Notes under the pieces: generated by a model
The model's input: only the letters and a program-made list of their open reading frames with translations
Databases searched by the model: none
Told to the model about the DNA's origin: nothing
Translations under genes and position numbers: made by a program
In this document: piece after piece, positions 8,239 to 15,321 of the stretch
Numbering within the stretch: position 1 is the stretch's first letter
How the letters are laid out: each line of letters opens with the position of its first letter
Assembly (NCBI RefSeq): GCF_900105015.1
Contig: NZ_FNLK01000007.1
Location: 3,060-35,059, forward strand
DNA from: Schaalia meyeri
GTDB taxonomy: Bacteria; Actinomycetota; Actinomycetes; Actinomycetales; Actinomycetaceae
Length of the DNA stretch: 32,000 bases
Reading direction: 5' to 3'

Positions 8239-9561
8239 TCAGTCCAGGTAACGCACGCGCGCATCCAGCTGGTGAAGCTTGCGCGTGAAGTGCTCGTAGC
8301 CGCGCGAAATGACGTCGATACCCGACACCGTCGAGGTGCCCGATGCGGCCAGCGCGGCGATCAGGTGCGAGAAACCTCCGCGCAGGTCCGGGACCTCAAT
8401 ATCCGCGCTGTGCAGCGGCGTCGGACCCGAGATGACGGCCGAATGGTAGTAGTTTTTTTGGCCGAAGCGGCACGGCGTCCCGCCCAGACACTCGCGATAG
8501 ACCTGTATGTTCGCGCCCATCTTACGCAGGGCCGAGGTAAAGCCGAAGCGGTTCTCGTACACGGTTTCATGCACGATCGACAAGCCCTGCGCCTGCGTGA
8601 GCGCCACGACGAGGGGCTGCTGCCAGTCCGTCATGAAGCCCGGGTGGACAGCGGTCTCCAACGCGATCGAGTGCAGTTCCCCACCCGGATGGTAGAAGCG
8701 GATCCCGTCTGCGTCGATATCGAAGGCGCCACCGACCTTGCGGAAAGTGTTGAGGAAGGTCGTCATGTCGGGCTGGTGGGCACCGCGCACGTAGATGTCG
8801 CCGTGGGTGGCCAGGGCGGCGGCGGCCCACGAGGCGGCCTCGATACGGTCCGGGAGGGCGGTATGACGGTAGCCGACCAGCTTGGACACACCCTCGATGC
8901 GGATCGTGCGATCCGTATCCACGGAGATGATCGCGCCCATCTTTTGCAGGACGTTGATCAGGTCCAGGATCTCGGGTTCGATGGCTGCGCCCCGAAGGGT
9001 CGTGATGCCTTCGTTACGCACGGCGGTCAGCAGCGTCTGTTCGGTCGCACCCACGGAGGGGAAGGGCAGCTCGATGATGGCGCCGTGCAGGCCCGCGGCG
9101 GGGCGTCTAATGTGCACGCCGTCGGGCTGTTTGTCGATGATCGCGCCGAACTTGCGCAGCGTATCCAAGTGAAAGTCGATGGGACGGCCGCCGATCGCGC
9201 ATCCCCCCAGCTCGGGGATGAAGGCCTCGCCAAGCTGATGGAGGAGCGGACCGCAGAACAGGATCGGGATGCGCGATGCGCCCGCGAGCGTGTCGATGTC
9301 GGAGCGGGAGGCAACCTTGACGTTGGAGGGGTCCATGCGCAGCGTGCCGCGGTCCTGATCAAAGTCGATGGCGACGCCGTGCAGGCTCAGCAGGTTCGAC
9401 ACCACATCGGTATCGCGGATCAGCGGCACGTTGTACAGCTCGGAGGGCGTGTCGGCCAGCAGCGAGGCGACCATTGCCTTGGGCACGAAGTTTTTGGCGC
9501 CGCGTACGCTGATCTCGCCGCTCAGCGGGTGGCCGCCTTCGACTTGCAGGATGGATGACAT
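8239..9561 (-). CDS. murA: UDP-N-acetylglucosamine 1-carboxyvinyltransferase
   Basis: 440 aa, beginning LQVEGGHPLSGEISVRGAKNFVPKAMVASLL. An active-site loop GGCAIGGRPID carries the Cys. The C-terminal part includes DLRGGFSHLIAALAA and GYEHF..KL..L. SD GAGGAG lies 5 nt upstream, and a TAGAGT -10 occupies 9599-9594. Confidence 0.95.
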   Translation of the reverse strand: MSSILQVEGGHPLSGEISVRGAKNFVPKAMVASLLADTPSELYNVPLIRDTDVVSNLLSLHGVAIDFDQDRGTLRMDPSNVKVASRSDIDTLAGASRIPILFCGPLLHQLGEAFIPELGGCAIGGRPIDFHLDTLRKFGAIIDKQPDGVHIRRPAAGLHGAIIELPFPSVGATEQTLLTAVRNEGITTLRGAAIEPEILDLINVLQKMGAIISVDTDRTIRIEGVSKLVGYRHTALPDRIEAASWAAAALATHGDIYVRGAHQPDMTTFLNTFRKVGGAFDIDADGIRFYHPGGELHSIALETAVHPGFMTDWQQPLVVALTQAQGLSIVHETVYENRFGFTSALRKMGANIQVYRECLGGTPCRFGQKNYYHSAVISGPTPLHSADIEVPDLRGGFSHLIAALAASGTSTVSGIDVISRGYEHFTRKLHQLDARVRYLD

Positions 9562-10194
9562 GGGTGCTCCTCGGATATGCGTAACTGGCCCCTACTCTAG
9601 CCAGGCGGGGGCCTGCGTGCGCAGCGCTTTCGGTCGCGATCCGACACGGCCTCTCGTTCGGGAAGGTATTTCGATGGAGGCGCGGGGCCGGGCGGGCTCG
9701 GGGCGGCGGCCTGTCCCTGACCGGGACCCGGCCTCCTCGATGGGCCCGTTCGCACAGCTGCCGATAGACACCGCGTTTACGGCGTTCGCACCCGGGTGTC
9801 AAGCTGTGCTTAACCGGTGATGTCAGCGATGGACCGACCGAAACTGACCGCGGGTACGGTGTAATCCTCGGTGGCGATTGTCAGATCGGGCCAGGGCCCC
9901 TGGCACCCGGCCAATCGCCTTCCCTTAAGCGCTGGGGGCTGGCGGCCTCGTGGACCAGGCGCAGATAGGTGCCCGGCGGGTCACAGGCGTCGTTTCTGTG
10001 GAGATGACGGGGTACGCCGCGCCACTTTTGTCGCGGTTCCCCTCGCCGTTCCTCAGTGGCTCGCGGCGCCCACTCCACGCGTTGGGGGCGGCGTGGAAGC
10101 CCGCGCTATACCCGCGAGTGGAAAAGCCTTCTCTCGAAAGGCCCCGCCGTCCTCACGTCTCAGAGGCCGCTTTGACACGTTTCACTATGCAACA

Positions 10195-10231
10195 GCTTGC
10201 CATCTCAAAAGATGAGATATTGAATAGTTGT
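10195..10231 (+). promoter_or_regulatory. Candidate leaderless promoter of the IclR gene with an embedded palindromic operator
   Basis: The layout is TTGCCA (10197-10202), a 17-nt spacer, TTGAAT (10220-10225), 6 nt, then ATG 10232 with no SD. The spacer contains the perfect inverted repeat ATCTCA-N5-TGAGAT (10202-10207 / 10213-10218). The AT-rich character stands out from the surrounding GC-rich DNA. Confidence 0.4.
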
Positions 10232-10969
10232 ATGGAAGAGCAAACATCCAGTGGCGTCGGCGTTCTCGATAAAGCAGCCCTGGTCCTAAACGCCCTTGAG
10301 GCCGGACCCGCGACACTCGCGCAACTCGTCTCCAGCACCGGGCTTGCCCGTCCAACCGCCCACCGGCTGGCTGTAGCGCTCGAATACCACCGGATGGTCG
10401 CCCGCGACATGCAGGGCCGTTTCATCCTCGGTCCCCGCCTGCAGGAACTGTCCTCCGCTGCCGGAGAGGACCGCCTGCTCCAAGCTTCCATGCCCGTGCT
10501 TCAGGCCCTGCGCGACCACACAAAGGAATCCTCCCAGCTCTTTCGCCGCCAGGGCGACTACCGCGTGTGCGTGGCAGCCTCCGAACGCGAGATGGGCCTG
10601 CGCGACTCGATCCCCGTGGGTGCCACGCTGTCGATGAGCGCCGGTTCGGCCGCCCAGATTCTGTTGGCCTGGGAGGAACCCGACCGCCTGCACCGAGGCC
10701 TCTACGGCGCTTCCTTCAACGCGACCATGCTCTCGGAGGTGCGTCGCCGGGGCTGGGCCCAGTCCGTGGGCGAACGCGAACCCGGAGTCGCCTCCGTCTC
10801 CGCCCCCGTTCGCGGCCCCTCCGGTCGAGTCCTGGCCGCCCTGTCGATTTCCGGCCCCATTGAGCGCATGGGCCGTCAGCCTGGACGCCAGCACGGCCCC
10901 TCGGTCATGGCGGCGGCCAACAAGCTCTCCGAGTTCCTGGCCACCGTGGAGGACGCCGCAGACCTGTAG
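10232..10969 (+). CDS. IclR family transcriptional regulator
   Basis: 245 aa starting at MEEQTSSGVGVLDKAALVLNAL. It has a winged-HTH (LAQLVSSTGLARPTAHRLAVALE) and an IclR effector domain (VASVSAPVRGPSGRVLAALSISGP). The upstream part of the 339-aa ORF is Arg/Pro-rich and non-protein-like. Confidence 0.9.
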   Translation: MEEQTSSGVGVLDKAALVLNALEAGPATLAQLVSSTGLARPTAHRLAVALEYHRMVARDMQGRFILGPRLQELSSAAGEDRLLQASMPVLQALRDHTKESSQLFRRQGDYRVCVAASEREMGLRDSIPVGATLSMSAGSAAQILLAWEEPDRLHRGLYGASFNATMLSEVRRRGWAQSVGEREPGVASVSAPVRGPSGRVLAALSISGPIERMGRQPGRQHGPSVMAAANKLSEFLATVEDAADL

Positions 10970-10990
10970 GCCTCGTTGTTTTCCACGGAG

Positions 10991-11033
10991 GCGGGTGGGC
11001 CGGGGGGATTGCGTATCCTCCCGGCCCACCCGC
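10991..11033. terminator. 19-bp GC-rich hairpin between the convergent IclR and pullulanase genes
   Basis: GCGGGTGGGCCGGGGGGAT-tgcgt-ATCCTCCCGGCCCACCCGC, paired by hand. Pairing is perfect apart from one G.U pair, which is valid only in the plus-strand RNA. On the plus strand it is followed by GTTTCGC, and there is no T tract on the minus strand. Confidence 0.65.
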
Positions 11034-11050
11034 GTTTCGCAGCTGACGGA

Positions 11051-14000
11051 TCAGGCTATCCAGCGGCCTGATGAGTCAAAGGTGTAGGTGGTGCCGTCCA
11101 CAACGACGCGACCCGTGACCATCGCGCCGCTTGCGGGATCCAGGTAGTACCAGCTGGAACCATAGGGCAACCAGCCTGTTGCCATCACCCCGCTGTCCGA
11201 CAGGTAGTACCAGGAGCCACCCACGAACGTCCAGCCCGTGGCCATCGCCCCGCTGCCGGTCAGGTAGTACCAGTTCGCGCCGTCGCGCAACCACCCCGTC
11301 GCCATGACGCCGCTCGCTGGATCCAGGTAGAACCAAGAGCCTCCCACGAGCGTCCAACCCGTGGCCATCGCGCCCGACGCCTTGTAGTAGCGCCACTGCC
11401 CGGCGTCGTACTCCCAGCCGGTCTTCATCCACCCTTCGGAATCAAAAGAATAGGTGATGCCATTGATCTTGATGCGCTCGTTGAAGGGGTACGAACCATC
11501 CGGGTAGCGCAGCCACCAACGGCCGTCGCTGGATTGTATCCACTTCCCCTCCGACGGATCGGGCGCGGGATTCACGCGAGCCCCGACCGCCTGTGTAAAG
11601 ACCGCGACAGTGCGCGCGGGAACGGTAACGGTGCCCGTCTTCCCATCAAAGGACGCGCCCTTGACCACCTCGTCCGCGCCGCCAGCCTGCGCCTCGTGCA
11701 GCTTAAACACGCGCCCGGCCAGGCCATCAACGCGCTGCTTGATGGCCTCTCCCGTCGCGTTGAACACGACCAGGGCGCCGTCAAGCTCGCGATCGATGTC
11801 GTCGCGGGAGTCGGCTTCGTCGTTGATGAGCATCATGATCGTCCCATCCACGGCGGCAGACCCCGAATTCGGGAACGACACCTTCGAGCGAACCAGATCC
11901 GCGCTGCCGAGCGTGAACAGGCGCGAGGAGGAACGCACGCGCAGGAAGTCCATCGCGATCTTCGAGGACGCGCCGATCTGCTCCGGGGACGGTTTCAAGT
12001 CGGGGTTTTCCAACAGAGGCCGCATGTGGTCCCAGGCCGCGCCGTTCTTGGACTTCATTGGCAGGCCGCGGCCGAAACCGTTGTCGCGCATCGTCCAGTC
12101 GATGGCGTTGAAGTGGTCGCCCGAGTTGTAGGAGTCGCGGTCCAGGGACTTCGAGCGCAGCATCTCCGTGCCCGATGCCCACAGCGCCGGCGACTGCGAC
12201 AGGGACACCGATGCCTGGCTCAGCAACGACATGCGCACACGATTGTCCATCGGAGCGTTCGTCGGCATCTTGTACGTCACCAGGTCGAACAGGGTCTCGT
12301 TGTCGTGGGCGTCCACGTAGTTCACGTTCTCAACCGGCTGAGACGCGAAACCAGCACCGTGGCCGTTGTAGTCCAGCTGCGCGCCCAGGATGCTTCGGCC
12401 GTCGTAGGTCGTGAGCGGGTAGTCCTTCAGGTTGCCCGCCAGGCCCAGCTTCACCAGGTCCACCCGGTGCAGATAGTCCGCACGGCGTTCATCGGCGGAG
12501 CGTGTATCCAGTCCGTTTGCGTCAGAGAACGCGCCCGAACCCAGCCCCTGGAACACGCGGTGGTCCTCGTCGAAGGGGCCGCCGCCGTGGACCGCGTCGC
12601 GCAGGCGATCATTGAACGCACCGATGCCCGTGCCGTCCAGCTGCCCCTGTGTGGCCTGCCTGAACAGCGCGTTATTCGCGACCTCACCGAAGTTCCAGCC
12701 CTCGCCGTAGATGTACAGGCGCGAGCCGTCCACTCCGTCCTTGTCCAGCGTCAAAGACTTCAGCGCTTCCTTCGCGCGCTTCATCCCATCGGCGGGATGG
12801 TGACCCATCAGGTCGAAACGGAAACCGTCAACGTGATAGTGCTTTGCCCAGTGGATCATCGAATCGATCATCAGGCGCTCGCTCATCGCGTTCTCGGTTG
12901 CCACGTTCGAGCAGCACGTTGAGGTCTCCACCGCGCCGGCGGCGTTCAAGCGCTGGTAGTAGCCGGGCACGACCCGGTCCAGCACCGAATGCGCGTCCTG
13001 GCCGGCGGCCGGAGTGTGGTTGTACACCTGGTCGAGCACCACCTGCATGCCAATCGAATGCAGGCCGCCCACCATGGAGCGGAACTCGCGAACGCGTGCG
13101 CCACCGTTTTGGTGAGACTCGGTCGCGTAAGAGCCCTCGGGAGCCATCCAGTGGAACGGATCGTATCCCCAGTTGTAGGCGTCCTGGTCGGCAACGGCGG
13201 CCACCGCGGCCTGCTGAGCCTCCGACGCCGGGCCCGCGTCCTGCGGAATGTCCGGCACCTTTTGGTCGCTGCGCTTCTCAGGGATGGTCGCGATGTCGAA
13301 CGTGGGCAGCAGGTGCACCGTGTTCATGCCGGCTTTCGCCAGCTCGCTCAGGTGACGCATGCCGCCCGACTGGTGCTGCGTAAACGCCATGTATGTCCCG
13401 CGCATCTCCTCGGGGACCGATTCATCCTTCGCCGAAAAGTCGCGCACGTGCAGCTCGTAGATGGAGCGCTGCGCGTCGTCCTGCAGCACCGGCGCCGCGG
13501 TGTTCTTCCATTCCGAGGGGGCGATCGACGGGTCGTTCATGTTGACGGCCACCGACCTGGTCGAATCAACCGTCAGGCCCACCGAGTACGGGTCCGTCAC
13601 CGTGTTCGTCTCCACAGCGCCCGTAGAGGGCACGTACACTCGGACCTCCCACAGGTACTGCGCCCCTTCGTGGATCGCGCCGTCGGCGTTATCGACGCTC
13701 CAGCGGCCGTCGTCGCCTCGCTGGGCGGGCGTGCGCACGGCGTCGCCCGACACCTCATCGTCGGCGCCCCCGGGGGTCTTCGTGTTCCACGACAGCAAAG
13801 TCACGTTCTTCGCCGTGGGTGCCCACAGCGCGAAAGTCGGTTTCCCGTCGTCCCGCCAGCCCACACCGAACGAGGCCTGGGTGGCCTTAGCCGCATAGAT
13901 GGAGTCCAGCACGGGAGCGATCTGCACGCCTGTGAATGCGTTGATAGTGCCGCCGCTCTTTTGGGCAACCGCGATCTGGCCCGTCAGGGCCTCTCGGGCC

Positions 14001-15070
14001 TTTGCCTGGTCAATGTCAGCGCGCAGAGCGATGTATCCGCTGAGGTTCGGATGAGCCATCGTCACATCGCCGCTCAGGTCCCCCTCGATGGTAAGGGGCA
14101 CGACCGTGCCTCCAGTGATCGCCCCGTCCTTCAGGCCTGCCCCGCCCTCCGGGGCGGTCACCAGTTCGTAGGTGAGATTCGCGGAACCGTCAAGCACCTG
14201 CGCGCGCGTCACTCCCTGTGGCAGCAGCGACGTGGGCCAGGCCAGCACGTTCGCGCTGACCCAGTAGGCGCGCTGCTCACCGGAACCGGCGACCGGCGCA
14301 TCCGATGCCGCGATCTCGAGCTTGTGGGACGAAGAATCGTAGGTGAAGGTCACGAGCTTGTTCGCTTTCGTCGCAAACTGATAGTTGGCGCCACCGGGCA
14401 CGCCGTCGCGCCCGTAATTCTCATTCCACGAACCACCGATGGCGACCTTGACCTCGTAGGAGCCTTCGGGCAGGGCCGCTGTCTGGAACGTGTAGGTGCC
14501 GTCCCCCACCGGTTCCATCAGCGGCGCCAGGCAGTCCGGTTTCCAGTTGTCCGAGCAGCCCAGCGCCTTTTGCAGGGAGCCTGGCAGGGTCACCATCTGG
14601 TCGGTCACCGTGTTCCACACGCGATGAGTCACGCGGTTGTAGTAGAAGGTGACGTCCGTTTGTTCCTTCAGGGAGTATGCGATATTCGCTCCCCCGGCCA
14701 CGCCGCCGCGCCCGTAGGAAACGTCCCACGAGCCACCCTCCGCGACCTTGTACTCGTAGTCGCCCGCGGGCAGGGTGAACGTTGCGGAGTAGACGCCGGT
14801 CCTATCGCGCGTGAGCGCGGCCTTGGCGCAGCCGGGCGCCCAATCGGCGTCGCACCCCATGGCCTTGTTATGACTGCCGGGGATTGTCACCAGCAGGTTC
14901 TCATCTGCGGTATTCTCACCGGCCTCGGCGGCTCGCGCGCCCGCACTTTGGTATGACGCTTCCGCCTCGGGGGCAGCCCACGCCGCGGGAAGCGCACCCC
15001 CCATCAGCGCCAGCACCGCGCCCACACCCAGGGCTCGACGCAGCAACGTTCTGTTATATCGGTGTGTCAC
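11051..15070 (-). CDS. pulA: Secreted pullulanase-type alpha-1,6-glucosidase (GH13) with two N-terminal carbohydrate-binding-like modules and C-terminal cell-wall/choline-binding repeats
   Basis: The GH13 regions are VVLDQVYNHT (I), DGFRFDLMGHH (II), YIYGEGWNFGEV (III) and NYVDAHDNETLFD (IV), plus the pullulanase motif YNWGYDP. The signal peptide is RTLLRRALGVGAVLALMGGALPAAWA-AP. I chose GTG 15070 because SD GGAGGGAG lies 6 nt upstream. The track's start at 15208 would run through an upstream terminator hairpin. Confidence 0.93.
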   Translation of the reverse strand: MTHRYNRTLLRRALGVGAVLALMGGALPAAWAAPEAEASYQSAGARAAEAGENTADENLLVTIPGSHNKAMGCDADWAPGCAKAALTRDRTGVYSATFTLPAGDYEYKVAEGGSWDVSYGRGGVAGGANIAYSLKEQTDVTFYYNRVTHRVWNTVTDQMVTLPGSLQKALGCSDNWKPDCLAPLMEPVGDGTYTFQTAALPEGSYEVKVAIGGSWNENYGRDGVPGGANYQFATKANKLVTFTYDSSSHKLEIAASDAPVAGSGEQRAYWVSANVLAWPTSLLPQGVTRAQVLDGSANLTYELVTAPEGGAGLKDGAITGGTVVPLTIEGDLSGDVTMAHPNLSGYIALRADIDQAKAREALTGQIAVAQKSGGTINAFTGVQIAPVLDSIYAAKATQASFGVGWRDDGKPTFALWAPTAKNVTLLSWNTKTPGGADDEVSGDAVRTPAQRGDDGRWSVDNADGAIHEGAQYLWEVRVYVPSTGAVETNTVTDPYSVGLTVDSTRSVAVNMNDPSIAPSEWKNTAAPVLQDDAQRSIYELHVRDFSAKDESVPEEMRGTYMAFTQHQSGGMRHLSELAKAGMNTVHLLPTFDIATIPEKRSDQKVPDIPQDAGPASEAQQAAVAAVADQDAYNWGYDPFHWMAPEGSYATESHQNGGARVREFRSMVGGLHSIGMQVVLDQVYNHTPAAGQDAHSVLDRVVPGYYQRLNAAGAVETSTCCSNVATENAMSERLMIDSMIHWAKHYHVDGFRFDLMGHHPADGMKRAKEALKSLTLDKDGVDGSRLYIYGEGWNFGEVANNALFRQATQGQLDGTGIGAFNDRLRDAVHGGGPFDEDHRVFQGLGSGAFSDANGLDTRSADERRADYLHRVDLVKLGLAGNLKDYPLTTYDGRSILGAQLDYNGHGAGFASQPVENVNYVDAHDNETLFDLVTYKMPTNAPMDNRVRMSLLSQASVSLSQSPALWASGTEMLRSKSLDRDSYNSGDHFNAIDWTMRDNGFGRGLPMKSKNGAAWDHMRPLLENPDLKPSPEQIGASSKIAMDFLRVRSSSRLFTLGSADLVRSKVSFPNSGSAAVDGTIMMLINDEADSRDDIDRELDGALVVFNATGEAIKQRVDGLAGRVFKLHEAQAGGADEVVKGASFDGKTGTVTVPARTVAVFTQAVGARVNPAPDPSEGKWIQSSDGRWWLRYPDGSYPFNERIKINGITYSFDSEGWMKTGWEYDAGQWRYYKASGAMATGWTLVGGSWFYLDPASGVMATGWLRDGANWYYLTGSGAMATGWTFVGGSWYYLSDSGVMATGWLPYGSSWYYLDPASGAMVTGRVVVDGTTYTFDSSGRWIA
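11054..11548 (-). repeat. Coding tandem repeats of about 20 aa / 60 nt (CW_binding_1 / choline-binding type) at the pullulanase C-terminus
   Basis: The peptide units are GWTLVGGSWFYLDPASGVMAT, GWLRDGANWYYLTGSGAMAT, GWTFVGGSWYYLSDSGVMAT and GWLPYGSSWYYLDPASGAMVT, with degenerate flanking units. The 60-nt periodicity is visible in the DNA at about 11100-11420. Confidence 0.85.
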
Positions 15071-15118
15071 GATAGACTCCCTCGTCCATAAACGGTCCCC
15101 TCCTGCGGGGGATGGTCC

Positions 15119-15159
15119 TAGGTTAGACACACTGCAACGCAATGGAAACTTTTCTGCAA
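15119..15159 (-). promoter_or_regulatory. Candidate pullulanase promoter with two direct TTGCAG boxes
   Basis: On the minus strand the layout is TTTCCA (-35-like), a 17-nt spacer, then TAACCT (15124-15119). TTGCAG occurs at 15159-15154, just upstream of the -35, and again at 15137-15132 inside the spacer. The two boxes are 22 bp apart centre to centre. Confidence 0.35.
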
Positions 15160-15185
15160 AGGACAAGCACTTTTGCGGTAAGAGG

Positions 15186-15221
15186 GTAAACAAAAGCCCC
15201 GTCACCACCGCGGTGACGAGG
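15186..15221 (-). terminator. Rho-independent terminator after the tRNA-Gln/Glu/Glu cluster
   Basis: The minus strand reads CCTCGTCACC-GCGGT-GGTGACGGGG followed by CTTTTGTTTAC. The stem is 10 bp, with one G.U pair that is valid only in the minus-strand RNA. It lies 8 nt downstream of the last tRNA. Confidence 0.8.
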
Positions 15222-15228
15222 CCGTTCG

Positions 15229-15301
15229 TACCCCCAACCGGATTTGAACCGGTGTTAACGCCGTGAGAGGGCGTCGTCCTAGGCCGCTAGACGATGGGGG
15301 C
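15229..15301 (-). tRNA. tRNA-Glu (anticodon CTC), copy 1
   Basis: The reverse complement is GCCCCCATCGTCTAGCGGCCTAGGACGACGCCCTCTCACGGCGTTAACACCGGTTCAAATCCGGTTGGGGGTA. I folded the cloverleaf by hand. The anticodon stem is ACGCC/GGCGT, the loop is CTCTCAC, and there is a G1.U72 pair. CCA is not encoded. Confidence 0.93.
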
Positions 15302-15321
15302 CTTGATTCACATTGAATCCG

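Noticed and set aside
7744-9558. A 604-aa plus-strand ORF spanning the lipid-kinase and murA region.
   Set aside because: It is antisense to two genes with unmistakable protein signatures. Its translation is Arg/Ala/Pro/Gly-rich low-complexity sequence with no motifs. This is a typical high-GC shadow ORF.
10050-10066. A GCCACTG heptamer on the minus strand, reminiscent of the cobalamin-riboswitch core.
   Set aside because: None of the accompanying conserved cobalamin-riboswitch elements (GGGAA...GGUG..AAUCC...CCCGC) are present nearby. The downstream gene, murA, has no B12 connection.
9871-10215. A 114-aa plus-strand ORF, and the 65-aa and 147-aa minus-strand ORFs, in the murA-IclR spacer.
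   Set aside because: Their translations are Arg/Pro/Gly/Ala-rich with no hydrophobic core pattern, and they lack an SD or sensible start context. I treat the region as non-coding (see the finding).
11100-11420. Regularly spaced 60-nt repeats that could superficially look like a CRISPR-type array.
   Set aside because: The repeats are contiguous with no unique spacers. They lie in frame inside the pullulanase CDS and encode the 20-aa wall-binding unit.
12989-14956. A 655-aa plus-strand ORF, with its neighbour at 11534-12922 (462 aa).
   Set aside because: Both are antisense to the pullulanase gene, whose GH13 motifs are unambiguous. The translations are Arg/His/Val-rich and have no recognisable domains.
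15071-15208. The N-terminal extension of the pullulanase ORF, whose track start is 15208.
   Set aside because: The extension would read through the tRNA-cluster terminator hairpin (15197-15221) and the candidate promoter. A strong SD (GGAGGGAG) precedes GTG 15070, and the signal peptide begins right after that start.
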